Origin: Longimicrobiales bacterium
GTDB taxonomy: Bacteria; Gemmatimonadota; Gemmatimonadetes; Longimicrobiales; Gaopeijiaceae
Reading direction: 5' to 3'
Length of the DNA: 64,000 nt
Assembly: GCA_965218295.1 (NCBI GenBank)
Contig: CBDCKN010000015.1
Location: forward strand, 64,001 to 128,000
Below the pieces are notes generated by a model that did no database searches, had not been told where the DNA came from, and saw only the letters and a program-made list of their open reading frames with translations. Made by a program: the position numbers and the translations under genes. This document shows positions 38,791 through 48,601 of this stretch, in pieces (positions within the stretch are counted from its first letter, which is position 1; the number at the start of each line of letters is the position of its first letter).

Positions 38791-40668
38791 TCAGCTCCCC
38801 CCGTCCGCCGCCATGCAGCCGGGATGATCGGGCACGAGCGAGAGGCACTCGCGCACCAGTTGGTCCGCCACTTCGGGAGAGCCGTCCTGCCGGGCCGCTT
38901 CTGCGTCCCAGGCCAAGCGCTCCGCGACCTTTAGGAGCAGCGACCTGGCCTCGGCGCTCTCGGGCTCGAGGGTGGCTGCCCTCTGGGCATATGAGCGCAC
39001 GTCGTCTCCGTCCCGCCCGAAGTAGCGTGTCTCGGACTGCGCCGACGCAGCCATCCCGATCAAACGCGCCACCTCCCATGACGTATCCACGTCGAGGCCA
39101 GCCGAGCGGAGCCCCGCTACGGCCCCCGGCAGATCCTCTTCGCTGACCCGAACCTGAAACGGTACACCGACCGGCCCCATCGGAAGCCGTCCTTCAATGC
39201 CGTCGGCGCTGACTCGCACGCCTGTCACACCCGCCTCGGCGGCACGGGCCTGGAGGTCGGCCAACTCCAGGGCCCGTCCCCAGGGTTGGAGGACGGCCGC
39301 CCCTGCCGCCAGCAGAAGGACCACAGCGGCGGCCGCAACGAGTCCCGGACGTCCCAGTACGCTCGCACCGACGCCTCGGCTCCTAGGTGTGGTAACCAGC
39401 GTGAGGTCCTCCATGGCCCCAGCCGCCAGGGTCACCGTGGTCTCCACCGGCTCGTACTGAGCGTCCTTCAGCGAAACCTTGTACGTACCGGGTCCGAGGC
39501 CGTTGGCCACGCACGGAGTGGGCCCCTCGGCTACCGTACGGCGCCCCATGCGGACCTGGACCTCCACACCCGGCTCATCCGTCAGGACCCGCAGGGAGCC
39601 CGCGTCCGCCGCCTCTCCCCCGGCCGCCACCCGCTGGAGGGCATCCCGGAGCTCACGGGCCGACGAAAAGCGCTCGTCAGGGTCTCGGCGCAGGAGGCGC
39701 AGGACCACGTTCTCCATGGCCGGCGAAACCTCCACCCCGGCCTCGGAGAAGGGCTTCACGTCGCCACGCTCCGTGGCGACCATGAGCTCGTAGATCTGAT
39801 GCGTCGCCTCACCGGCCGGATTGCCGAGCCAGGGGTCCCGGCCGGTGAGCAAGGCGTAGAGGATCACCCCGAAGGCGAAGAGGTCGGTCCTCCCGTCCAC
39901 CTCCTCGGCACGCAGCTGCTCCGGGGCCGCGTACCCCGGGGTGCCCAACGTCCCCACGGTCGTCAGGCGACTGTCCGTTTCCCGCTCCGCGATCTTCGCG
40001 ATCCCGAAGTCGAGCACCTTCACGATCTCCTCACCCGCACGGTCCGTGGTGAGCATTACGTTCTCGAGCTTCATGTCGCGGTGCACGACTGGTTCAGGGC
40101 CTTCGTGAGCGGCGATGAGAGCGTCGCAGACCTGGAGGCCCAGTCGGATGGTCCGCTCGGCACTGAAGGGGCCTTGCTCGAGGACCGCATCCGCGAGGCT
40201 CTTGCCCTCGACGTACTCCATGAGGAAATAGATGAGCCCCGCCTCGAGGTCCTCCTCGTAGGTGGCGAGTCCCACGATGTGGGCCGACTCCGTGCCCAGG
40301 CGTTTCATGATCTGCGCCTCCCTGAGGAAGCGTTTTCTCATGGTCTCCGCCTCGGCCCCCACCAACCGGTCGACGCCGAGGATCTTGAGCGCCTCGATCC
40401 AGCCGCCCTTCACGTCCTCGACTTTGTAGACGGTCCCGAAGCTGCCGGCTCCGAGGCGCTTCAGAACGCGCCACTTGTCCCTGAGGAGCGTGCCTACGAG
40501 CGGATCTTCCTCCGGGTCGTCCCCGGCCCCTCCGGCGCCGCCGCTCTCACCGCCGGGCGGCGTGCCGCTCTCCGCTGGAGATCCCCCCTCGAAGTCCGGA
40601 AGGTCCTCTGGGTTCCAGGCGACGGTGGGCTGCGGTCGCTTCTTGTCTGGCTCGTCGGGGTTGGACAC
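38791..40668 (-). CDS. Hanks-type Ser/Thr kinase with PEGA domain and TM
   Basis: GAGSFG, ALK, HRDMKLEN, DFG, GTPGYAAPE; PEGA-like GSLRV...GPTP; TM helix. Confidence 0.92.
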   Translation of the reverse strand: MSNPDEPDKKRPQPTVAWNPEDLPDFEGGSPAESGTPPGGESGGAGGAGDDPEEDPLVGTLLRDKWRVLKRLGAGSFGTVYKVEDVKGGWIEALKILGVDRLVGAEAETMRKRFLREAQIMKRLGTESAHIVGLATYEEDLEAGLIYFLMEYVEGKSLADAVLEQGPFSAERTIRLGLQVCDALIAAHEGPEPVVHRDMKLENVMLTTDRAGEEIVKVLDFGIAKIAERETDSRLTTVGTLGTPGYAAPEQLRAEEVDGRTDLFAFGVILYALLTGRDPWLGNPAGEATHQIYELMVATERGDVKPFSEAGVEVSPAMENVVLRLLRRDPDERFSSARELRDALQRVAAGGEAADAGSLRVLTDEPGVEVQVRMGRRTVAEGPTPCVANGLGPGTYKVSLKDAQYEPVETTVTLAAGAMEDLTLVTTPRSRGVGASVLGRPGLVAAAAVVLLLAAGAAVLQPWGRALELADLQARAAEAGVTGVRVSADGIEGRLPMGPVGVPFQVRVSEEDLPGAVAGLRSAGLDVDTSWEVARLIGMAASAQSETRYFGRDGDDVRSYAQRAATLEPESAEARSLLLKVAERLAWDAEAARQDGSPEVADQLVRECLSLVPDHPGCMAADGGS

Positions 40669-40781
40669 GGACCGAGTACCTCGTGGCCGAAAGCGGTGGC
40701 ACGAACTTACCGGGCGGCGCGAAGTCGGGTCAACAAGAATCGGGACTTGCCACCCCAGGGTCTCGGTCTTCCTTTACATCC

Positions 40782-41879
40782 ATGCGACACCGTGAAGTCC
40801 CGATCCTGCTCTCCTTGGCTCTTCTGGGAGGGTGCTCCGGTGAGGCGGACCCGTCCACCGACGCACAAGCGACAGATCCCCAGCCGAGCGAAGTCGTCCT
40901 CCAGGCGGTGGACGCCCGAACGGGGGCGGCGCTCACTGACGGTCAACTGACCGTGAGGTATCTGGTGCGGACGCCCATCACTCTGGATGCCTCCGCGGTG
41001 GACCAGGTGTCGGCCTCTGAGCCTTACCGCATCGCCCATGCCGTCGCGGAAGACAGCCTCGTGGTGGAGCTCCGTCTGGAGGCCCGGTCCTATCACCGCC
41101 TGGACACTGTCCTCACGGTGGCACGCGGGGCATCGGCCGGACCCTTCACAGTGCGGATGACACGGCGCTTGGACCGGGTAGCCGGCACCGGCGGGGCCAG
41201 GCCAGCAGCCGGCGGAGTCCGGGCCGACACGCCTCCTCCCGCGGCCGCTCAACCGTCCCAGCCCATCGACCCCGACGCCGGGATCGACCGAACGGCGCTG
41301 CGGGCGGGGAACGAGGCGTTCCGGGCCGGAGATTGGGTGGCGGCCACGAGGGGCTACCTGAACATGGTGGAACCCCCGCGGCGGACCGGCACCTACGCCC
41401 GTGCGTACCAGCAGGCGCTGGTTCGACTGGGAGTCAGCCACATCAACCTGGGTGAGTGGGCCGGCGCTCTCAACGCGTTGGAGGAGGCCGTGTCCTTCGA
41501 CTCACCCGGGTTCAACGCCTACCTGACTCTAGGCCAGGCCCAGTGCGCCGTGGGGCGCACAGAGGACGGCCGCCGGTCCCTCGACCAGATCGACGGCATG
41601 GCCTCCACGCTCCCGGCCGGGGAGCGCCCAGTCGTGCTGGCCTTTGTGGCGTATCAGCGGGCGGTCTGCAGCCAGCGGGACTTCGAGCAGGCGGAGGGTG
41701 CCCTGCAACGCGTGCAGAGCGGAGCCGCCACGATCCGGGCGTATGAGGCGTTCATCGAGCAGGGTGAGGCGCTCAACCCGCAGCCCGCTCAGCTCCAGCA
41801 GGCGCTGCGCAACGCCCGTCGTCGGATCGGGGAGGTTAGGGACCGGATGCTCCGGGGCGGAGGCGAGGCCTATTCGTAG
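40782..41879 (+). CDS. TPR-containing lipoprotein
   Basis: Lipobox LLGGC; TPR-like helices (LGVSHINLGEWAGA, LGQAQCAVGR). Confidence 0.7.
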   Translation: MRHREVPILLSLALLGGCSGEADPSTDAQATDPQPSEVVLQAVDARTGAALTDGQLTVRYLVRTPITLDASAVDQVSASEPYRIAHAVAEDSLVVELRLEARSYHRLDTVLTVARGASAGPFTVRMTRRLDRVAGTGGARPAAGGVRADTPPPAAAQPSQPIDPDAGIDRTALRAGNEAFRAGDWVAATRGYLNMVEPPRRTGTYARAYQQALVRLGVSHINLGEWAGALNALEEAVSFDSPGFNAYLTLGQAQCAVGRTEDGRRSLDQIDGMASTLPAGERPVVLAFVAYQRAVCSQRDFEQAEGALQRVQSGAATIRAYEAFIEQGEALNPQPAQLQQALRNARRRIGEVRDRMLRGGGEAYS

Positions 41880-42009
41880 CGCAACGCGCTAGCGGGCCTC
41901 ACCCTGCCCACCAGAGCCAATAATCGGCCGTTGCGACTGTCCTTCTCCGACCCCCCGCGGGGATCCCAAGACCCCGCGCGGATTCCGAGAACCGGTTTAC
42001 GACTCACCG

Positions 42010-42038
42010 TTGCTTACCCGTGTCCTCCGACGTACGAT
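42010..42038 (+). promoter_or_regulatory. Putative sigma70 promoter of the Pao/Xdh-like operon
   Basis: TTGCTT-17 bp-TACGAT, 31 bp upstream of the ATG at 42070. Confidence 0.55.
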
Positions 42039-42069
42039 TGCTCGGGTAGCCCTAGACGGAGCAGGACAC

Positions 42070-42759
42070 ATGACCGAGAGGAACCCCTTCGACCACGTCG
42101 GTCTCTCAGGGTCGAACATGACCCCCCCACCCCCCCAAGCTGAGTTCGGCGAGGTCTTCGAGTGGCTCGCAGGCCGCTCGGGCATGTCGCGGCGGAGCTT
42201 CATCAAAGGAGTCATCGCTTCCGGAGTGGCCGTGTCGGGCGTGCCGTATCTGGCCAACGCGAGCCCCAGACCCGCCCTTCAGAGCGGCGCGGCGGAACGC
42301 CTCATCTCGTTGAATGTGAACGGGCAGGTTCGTCGGGTGGACGTCCTTCCCAACGAGACGCTCGCCATGACGTTGCGCTATAAGCTCGGGCTCACCGGCA
42401 CCAAGCTCGGGTGTGATCGTGCGGAATGCGGCGCCTGCACGGTGCTCATCGACGACGTCACGCACTACTCCTGCTCCACACTCACGCACCGCGTGCGAGG
42501 ACGAGAGATCACCACGGTGGAGGGGCTCGAGAGCCCTTCGGGCGAGCTCCACCCCGTGCAGCAGGCTTTCATCGACGAGCTGGCTCCCCAGTGCGGCTTC
42601 TGCACGCCGGGACAGGTGATAGCCGCAGTGGGACTCCTGAGGGCGAACCCGAATCCGACTCGCGAGGAGGCACGCCGGGCGATGTCGGGCAACATCTGCC
42701 GATGCGGTGCCTACGATCACTATCTGAACGGGGTCATGCGCGCGGCGCAGGAGGTCTGA
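42070..42759 (+). CDS. Xanthine-oxidase-family 2x[2Fe-2S] subunit with Tat signal (PaoA/YagT-like)
   Basis: SRRSFIK; GCDRAECGACT...C; QCGFCTPG...CRC. Confidence 0.88.
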   Translation: MTERNPFDHVGLSGSNMTPPPPQAEFGEVFEWLAGRSGMSRRSFIKGVIASGVAVSGVPYLANASPRPALQSGAAERLISLNVNGQVRRVDVLPNETLAMTLRYKLGLTGTKLGCDRAECGACTVLIDDVTHYSCSTLTHRVRGREITTVEGLESPSGELHPVQQAFIDELAPQCGFCTPGQVIAAVGLLRANPNPTREEARRAMSGNICRCGAYDHYLNGVMRAAQEV

Positions 42760-42760
42760 G

Positions 42761-45157
42761 ATGGCACTTATCGGTGAGAACTTCACCCCTCCTGATCTCC
42801 GAGCCAAGGTGACGGGAAGGGCGAAGTACGCAGAGGATTTCCGGGCGGATGGCATGCTCTACTGCCGGCTCCTGACGAGCCCGATGCCCCACGGCCGTGT
42901 GCGGAGCATCGACGCGTCGGAGGCGCTGAGCATGGAGGGCGTCCTCGCCATCCTCACCGCCGACGAGGTCCCTGAGATCCCCGCACCAGGGAATCCTATC
43001 CTGACCAACGAGCCCCACTACGTGGGTGAGCCGATTCTGGCGGTTGCGGCGGTCGACGAGACCACGGCCCAGAACGCCATCGCGGCCATCAAGTTGGATC
43101 TGGAGCCGCTGCCGTTCTGCGTCGACCCGCTGGACAGCCTGCGCCCAGGCGGACCCAACGCCAGGACGGACGGCAACACGGTGGTGCGGGGAGAAGGCTT
43201 TCAAGAGCGCAAGTGGACCGCCGAGGACTTCGCGGAGGCTGGCGAGGGTAAGCTGCCCATGGGGGAGCCGCTGGCCGAGTGGTCATACGGTGACGTGGAG
43301 GTCGGGTTCGCCGAGGCGTCGCTGGTGCTCGACGAGACCTTCGTGACCGCGAACACCTCCCACCACTCCATGGAGCCCCGGAGCGCCATGGCCTACTGGC
43401 AGAACGGGAAGTGCTACTTCTACGGATCGACCCAGAGCCAGAGCTTCGTCGTGCCGGGTCTCGCGAGCTATCTCGGCATCGAGCCCGACGACCTGGTCTA
43501 CATCGCGGAGTTCTGCGGTGGAGGCTTCGGCTCGAAGGGCGGCGCTTACCCCATCATGGTCGTGCCGGCCTACCTGGCCAAGAAGACGGGGCGGCCCGTG
43601 CTGATGCGCATCAGCCGCGCCGAGGAGAACTTCATCGGCTCCGCACGCCCCGGCTTCCAGGGCCGCATCAAGATGGGGTTCCGCGATGATGGGCGAGTCA
43701 CGGCGGTGGACCTGTACATCGTCCAGGAGAACGGTCCCAACTCGGGCGGGGGAGACTGGAATTCGGCCGGCAGCGCCGTATCGATCGTCTATACGCCGCT
43801 GGCCATGCGGTTCCGGGGGATTCCGGTCTTGACCAATACGCCGGCCACTGGCGCACAGCGAGGTCCAGGGCAGAACCAGATCGCGACGGCCGTCGAGCCG
43901 CTCCTCGACAAAGCCGCCCACCAGCTGGGGATCGATCAGGTGGAGATCCGCCGGATCAATGCCCCGGACAACGACTCGCGGTACGGTCCCAGTCAGGGGC
44001 CTGTCACGAGCGCCTACATGCGCGAGGCCTTGGACATCGGCGCGGAGCAGTTCGACTGGGAGGGCAAGAAGGCTCAGAGCGGCCGGCGTCGCGGCTCCAA
44101 GGTCATCGGGGTGGGCGTCGGGCAGGCCTTCCACGCAGCGGGATCGAGCGGGTACGACGGCCTGGTCCGGATCACGCCCGACGGCAAGCTCCACATCCAC
44201 TCGGGCGCGGGTAACCTGGGCACGTTCTCCTACGCGGGGACGTCGCGAGTCGCCGCCGAGGTCCTCGATATGCAGTGGGAGAACTGTGAGATCCACCGCG
44301 GCGACTCCAGCAAGGGCCTGCCGTGGAATCTGGCTCAGTGGGGCAGCAACACGTCGTTCACCATGGCCCGGACCAACTACGTCGCCGCCATGGACGCCGT
44401 TCAGAAGCTCAAGGAGATCGCGGCCATGGACCTGGGCGGCTCGCCCGGAGACTACGACATCGGCAATGAGACCGTCTTCGCCAGAGCCAATCCGTCGCGG
44501 CGCCTCACGTACGCGGCCGCGGCACGCCGGGCCATCGAGCTGGGCGGGAAGTTCAGCGGCCATGAGGTCCCCGACGATCTCAACCAAATGACGAAGTCCG
44601 CCGTCGCGGGCCTCGCCGGCAGCGCCCTGGTCGGCGTGGCCAAGGACAACCTGGAGCTTAACGGGACCGTTCCCGCGTTGGCGGCGGGCTTCATCCGGAT
44701 CGAGCTCGACGTGGAGACGGGTCAGTTCGAGATTCTCGACTACCTGGGAGTAGCAGATTGCGGAACCGTGATCCATCCCCAGGGGCTTGCCACCCAGATA
44801 ACGGGCGGGGCCGTGCAGGGCTTCGGCATGGCGACTCTGGAGCGCCACCTCTACGACCCCCACTACGGTCTGCCGGGCACCATCGGTCTACACCAGACCA
44901 AGCCGCCGTCCTTTCTGGACGTACCCCTGGAGATGGACTGGGCAGCCGTCAACATCGCCGATCCCCAGAACCCCGTAGGGTCCAAGGGGGTGGGAGAGCC
45001 CACTATGGGGTGTGCCGGCGCCGCGCTGTTGTGCGCCATTTCCGACGCGCTGGGCGGTCACTACTTCAACCGGATCCCCGTGGTGCCCGACATGATCGTG
45101 AACGCCGCCTCGGGGCACCCGCAGTCGCATACACCGCTGCAAGTCAACACGCCGTGA
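42761..45157 (+). CDS. Xanthine-oxidase-family molybdopterin-binding subunit
   Basis: KVTGRAKY, HHSMEP, GGGFGSK, QRGPG, KGVGEP (catalytic Glu intact). Confidence 0.9.
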   Translation: MALIGENFTPPDLRAKVTGRAKYAEDFRADGMLYCRLLTSPMPHGRVRSIDASEALSMEGVLAILTADEVPEIPAPGNPILTNEPHYVGEPILAVAAVDETTAQNAIAAIKLDLEPLPFCVDPLDSLRPGGPNARTDGNTVVRGEGFQERKWTAEDFAEAGEGKLPMGEPLAEWSYGDVEVGFAEASLVLDETFVTANTSHHSMEPRSAMAYWQNGKCYFYGSTQSQSFVVPGLASYLGIEPDDLVYIAEFCGGGFGSKGGAYPIMVVPAYLAKKTGRPVLMRISRAEENFIGSARPGFQGRIKMGFRDDGRVTAVDLYIVQENGPNSGGGDWNSAGSAVSIVYTPLAMRFRGIPVLTNTPATGAQRGPGQNQIATAVEPLLDKAAHQLGIDQVEIRRINAPDNDSRYGPSQGPVTSAYMREALDIGAEQFDWEGKKAQSGRRRGSKVIGVGVGQAFHAAGSSGYDGLVRITPDGKLHIHSGAGNLGTFSYAGTSRVAAEVLDMQWENCEIHRGDSSKGLPWNLAQWGSNTSFTMARTNYVAAMDAVQKLKEIAAMDLGGSPGDYDIGNETVFARANPSRRLTYAAAARRAIELGGKFSGHEVPDDLNQMTKSAVAGLAGSALVGVAKDNLELNGTVPALAAGFIRIELDVETGQFEILDYLGVADCGTVIHPQGLATQITGGAVQGFGMATLERHLYDPHYGLPGTIGLHQTKPPSFLDVPLEMDWAAVNIADPQNPVGSKGVGEPTMGCAGAALLCAISDALGGHYFNRIPVVPDMIVNAASGHPQSHTPLQVNTP

Positions 45158-45167
45158 GGAGCCGCCC

Positions 45168-46157
45168 ATGTTGAAGGACATGATGTCGCATTTCGAGCTG
45201 TTTCAGCCGGCGGACCTGGACAACGCATTCGACCTCCTCGATCGCTTCGGCGAGGACTGCTGGACGATCGCTGGCGGTCAAGACAGCCTCGACTGGTTCA
45301 AGGACCGGAGCAAGCAGTCTTCAGCCGTCATCGACTTGGCGGGAATCCCGGGGCTCGAGGGCATCCGGGAGACTGCCGACGGCATCGAGATCGGAGCCAT
45401 GACGACGCTGACAGCCATCGAGCGTCATCCCGTCATCCAGGAGCGGTATGAATTGCTCGCGGAGGCGGCACGGGCGGTGGCGAGCCCTCAGATTCGCAAT
45501 AGCGGCACGCTGGGTGGCAACGTCTGCCAGGACACGCGCTGCTGGTACTACCGCTACGGGCTCTCCTGCTACCGGGCCGGAGGCAACACCTGCTACGCCA
45601 ACACGCCGGTGGGGCTGAACCGGGAGCACTGCCTCTTCGGCGCCAACCGCTGCGTGGCCGTGACACCCTCCGATCCGGCGATTGCGCTCGTGGCGCTGGA
45701 CGCCTCCATGGTCATCCAGAACTCGGGCGGCGAGCGAGTCGTGGCCGCCGAGGACTTCTTCATGAAGCCCTCCGTGGACATCACGCGGATGACGGCGCTC
45801 CAGCCCGAGGATCTCCTGACCCAGATCCGGATCCCCAACACGTGGGCCGGCGCCAGCTTCTACTTCGAGAAGGTCGCCGATCGTGGCACTTGGGACTTCG
45901 CCCTGGTGAGCGTGGCCGCAGCGCTGAGAGTGGAAGGCGACCGTATCGAGGGAGGCCGCATCGCGTGCGGCGGGGTGCAGTGCATCCCGAGGCGGCTCAC
46001 GGACATGGAGGAGCTCATCACGGGTCGTGTCAAGAACGAGGAGACCGCCAATCTCGCCGGTGCCTTGGCGGTCCGCGGAGCGGAACCCTTGAACCACAAC
46101 CACTTCAAGATCCCGCTCATGGAGAATCTGGTGAAGAGGGCCGTGCGCGACGCCTAG
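45168..46157 (+). CDS. Xanthine-oxidase-family FAD subunit with [4Fe-4S] insertion (PaoB/YagS-like)
   Basis: AGGQD, SPQIRNSGTLGGN, CQDTRCWYYR..C..C...C. Confidence 0.88.
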   Translation: MLKDMMSHFELFQPADLDNAFDLLDRFGEDCWTIAGGQDSLDWFKDRSKQSSAVIDLAGIPGLEGIRETADGIEIGAMTTLTAIERHPVIQERYELLAEAARAVASPQIRNSGTLGGNVCQDTRCWYYRYGLSCYRAGGNTCYANTPVGLNREHCLFGANRCVAVTPSDPAIALVALDASMVIQNSGGERVVAAEDFFMKPSVDITRMTALQPEDLLTQIRIPNTWAGASFYFEKVADRGTWDFALVSVAAALRVEGDRIEGGRIACGGVQCIPRRLTDMEELITGRVKNEETANLAGALAVRGAEPLNHNHFKIPLMENLVKRAVRDA

Positions 46158-46225
46158 CTGGTTTGCACGGCCCTGGCGTGGGGGTCAGTCGATCCGTCGG
46201 CGGACGAGCGGGTACCCGGTGCCCC

Positions 46226-48484
46226 CTACCCCCCGAGCACGTTGAGCTGGCGCGTGAACTTCACGATCAGCGAGCGACCCAGGGGCCCGTCGAGGGCGTC
46301 GACGCCCTGGATATCGTTGTAGACGATGAACAGGCCAGTCCCGGCCGTGTTCAGCCATCCGAAGCGCACGTTCGCCACCAGGCGATCAATCTGATCGCTG
46401 TACTGGATCAGGGACTGTAGATAGATCCGCGGGGTGAAGAAGTACCCGAAGTTCACGCCCACCAGGGTGGTCTCGAAGTTGCCCTCGGGGAGATTGACGT
46501 CGTTGTACTCCAGCCTGAGCGAGGTGCTCAAGGCCGCTCCACTCCGCAACGTGATCGTAGCTGAGCTGTTCAGGCGGTTCCCGGAGAGGAAGCTCCCCAC
46601 GTTGAGCCGGCCGTCGAACGACAGGTCGGCCGAACGGTTCGTGTTGAACACGAAGGCCGCCTCCCATCCGTCGTAGGTACCCGTCGGGACGACGACATCG
46701 GTGCCGGTGATCTCGAACGGCTCGTAGAGCCCCTCCCGCACCCAGTTGGCGCCCGTGTGGAACTCCATTCCGCTGGGCCACTCCCAGTGGGTGTCGATGT
46801 GCAGGCGACTCGACTCCTCGAAGTTGTGCTCGACCTCGCTCTTCCGGCTCCGGTACGTGAAGTACGAAACGTGGGGGCGGATCTCCCGGAGGAACCGATC
46901 GGGGCGGACGAAGCGCTGGATGTACCCCTGGTAGTAGCGGTAGCCGCTCCGGGGCAGGAAGCCCACTTCGGGGTTGAAGGACTCGCTAATCTCGCGGACT
47001 GTGAGGGTGCCCGTCCAGCTCCGGCTGCTCCACCCTGCGGTGGCGTCGAACGCGTGCTCGTCGCCTGCGAGCCCGGGAGTCTCGGTCCCCGCCACGAAGG
47101 ATGTGAGCGTCAAGGCCTGTCCGATGCCCACCCGTGCGTCCGCCGCGAAGGTCCGGTTGTAGTCACCGGACGCCTCGCCGCTCCTATTCACGAACAATGC
47201 TCCCACCCGTGATCGATTGGGCAGCTCTCGGGCGACCCGGGCGACAGAGTAGGCATCGCCCGCCGGCCCCCCCGCCTTCCCGCCCGTCTCGATGTGGAGG
47301 AGGCCGACGTTGAAGCCCCCGGCCTTCCCAGAGAGCCGGCCCCCGCCCTGGATGGGCACCTGTTCCCCGTCGACGATGCCGATCTGCCGGCTGAAGAAGA
47401 GGTCGGCGCCACCCGCGCCTACGGTGAAGAAGCCCGCGTTCTCCAGGAAGAACGGCCGCTTCTCGGGGAAGAGGAGTGAGAAGCGGGTGAGGTTGACCTG
47501 CTGATCGTCCACCTCGACCTGGGCGAAGTCGGTGTTCACGGTCATGTCGAGGGTCAGCCCCTGTGTGATCTGCAGCTTCGCCTCGCCGCCGAACTCGGCC
47601 TCCTCTCCGAAGGACGTCTCGCCGGCCTCGTAGTTCCGCTCCGTCGAGGCCAGCCCGTAAGGCGTGACAGTTCCCAGGCGCCGGAACGGGGGCGAGAGGC
47701 CCTCGAGATCTCCGGCGTAGTTGAGCCTGTAGAGGTTGAACTCCCGTGGCACGGGGGACCAGAACGACTCCTCGTTCAGCCGTCGGACCCGCCGGGCCAC
47801 GTTGAAACCCCAGGGGTCGTTCTCCGCTCCGTAGCGCAGCGTGTTGAAGGGGATCCGGAACTCGGCGTACCACCCCCGGCCATCCACGGCGGTAGCCACG
47901 CTCCAGCTCCCGTCCCAGTTCTTGTTGAAGCCGGCTCCCGCTCCCGACTGAAAGCGCCGTCGGTTGTTGAAGCCGCTGCCCAAGAAGCGTCCCCCACCCT
48001 GGCCCTCGTTGGCGACCTGGCCGTCGTACTCGATTCCCGCAGGGGTCGTGCCGAACACGAATCCGTTCTGCTCGTCGTTGTATGTGTCCAGGATCAGCAC
48101 GACGTTGTCGCTCTCGTCCACCTCATAGTCCCGAATCTGCTCCCCGGGGACGATGCCGTCCGGCTGGCTGTCCAAAGCCCAAACGCCGACGTACAGGGCT
48201 TCGCCGTCGAACACGACCCTCACTTCGGTACGCTCGGTGGCCGGCTCTCCATCCCTGGGCTCGCGCTGTGTGAAATCCGTCATGGGCGCGGCCTGCTGCC
48301 ACGCCGCATCATCGAGACGGCCGTCGATGGTTGGGGGATCGGTCACCCGTGACGCTGTCGCGGTCCCTGGCTCAAGGGACGGAATGCCCCCGTTGGACCC
48401 GGGGGCGGAGGCTTCTTGTTGAGCGAGAAGCGCAGACGGGCAAAAGGCGAGAAGGGCGGCCAGCTTCAGTCGGGTAGTCTTCAC
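46226..48484 (-). CDS. CBM9-like + DUF5916 outer-membrane protein
   Basis: Signal peptide, IDGRLDDAAW, TEVRV, NTDFAQVEVD, FPEKRPFFLE, FFSRQIG. Confidence 0.82.
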   Translation of the reverse strand: MKTTRLKLAALLAFCPSALLAQQEASAPGSNGGIPSLEPGTATASRVTDPPTIDGRLDDAAWQQAAPMTDFTQREPRDGEPATERTEVRVVFDGEALYVGVWALDSQPDGIVPGEQIRDYEVDESDNVVLILDTYNDEQNGFVFGTTPAGIEYDGQVANEGQGGGRFLGSGFNNRRRFQSGAGAGFNKNWDGSWSVATAVDGRGWYAEFRIPFNTLRYGAENDPWGFNVARRVRRLNEESFWSPVPREFNLYRLNYAGDLEGLSPPFRRLGTVTPYGLASTERNYEAGETSFGEEAEFGGEAKLQITQGLTLDMTVNTDFAQVEVDDQQVNLTRFSLLFPEKRPFFLENAGFFTVGAGGADLFFSRQIGIVDGEQVPIQGGGRLSGKAGGFNVGLLHIETGGKAGGPAGDAYSVARVARELPNRSRVGALFVNRSGEASGDYNRTFAADARVGIGQALTLTSFVAGTETPGLAGDEHAFDATAGWSSRSWTGTLTVREISESFNPEVGFLPRSGYRYYQGYIQRFVRPDRFLREIRPHVSYFTYRSRKSEVEHNFEESSRLHIDTHWEWPSGMEFHTGANWVREGLYEPFEITGTDVVVPTGTYDGWEAAFVFNTNRSADLSFDGRLNVGSFLSGNRLNSSATITLRSGAALSTSLRLEYNDVNLPEGNFETTLVGVNFGYFFTPRIYLQSLIQYSDQIDRLVANVRFGWLNTAGTGLFIVYNDIQGVDALDGPLGRSLIVKFTRQLNVLGG

Positions 48485-48601
48485 TCGGGTCCTACCGTGT
48501 ACAGGGCCTGAGATGGTGGTGCAAAGGTAGCAGGGGAACGCCGGTGCGCCCGCCGGCCACAGTACTCGACGAGGTGGACTGGAGCCTCCGCCCCCTCGCC
48601 T

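Noticed and set aside
40695..40715. TGGCACG as a sigma54 promoter (also TGGCAC near 27316)
   Set aside because: No TTGC at the required -12 spacing.
41930..42000. Moco riboswitch upstream of the molybdoenzyme operon
   Set aside because: Only a GC-rich hairpin is present; the conserved Moco RNA elements were not recognisable.
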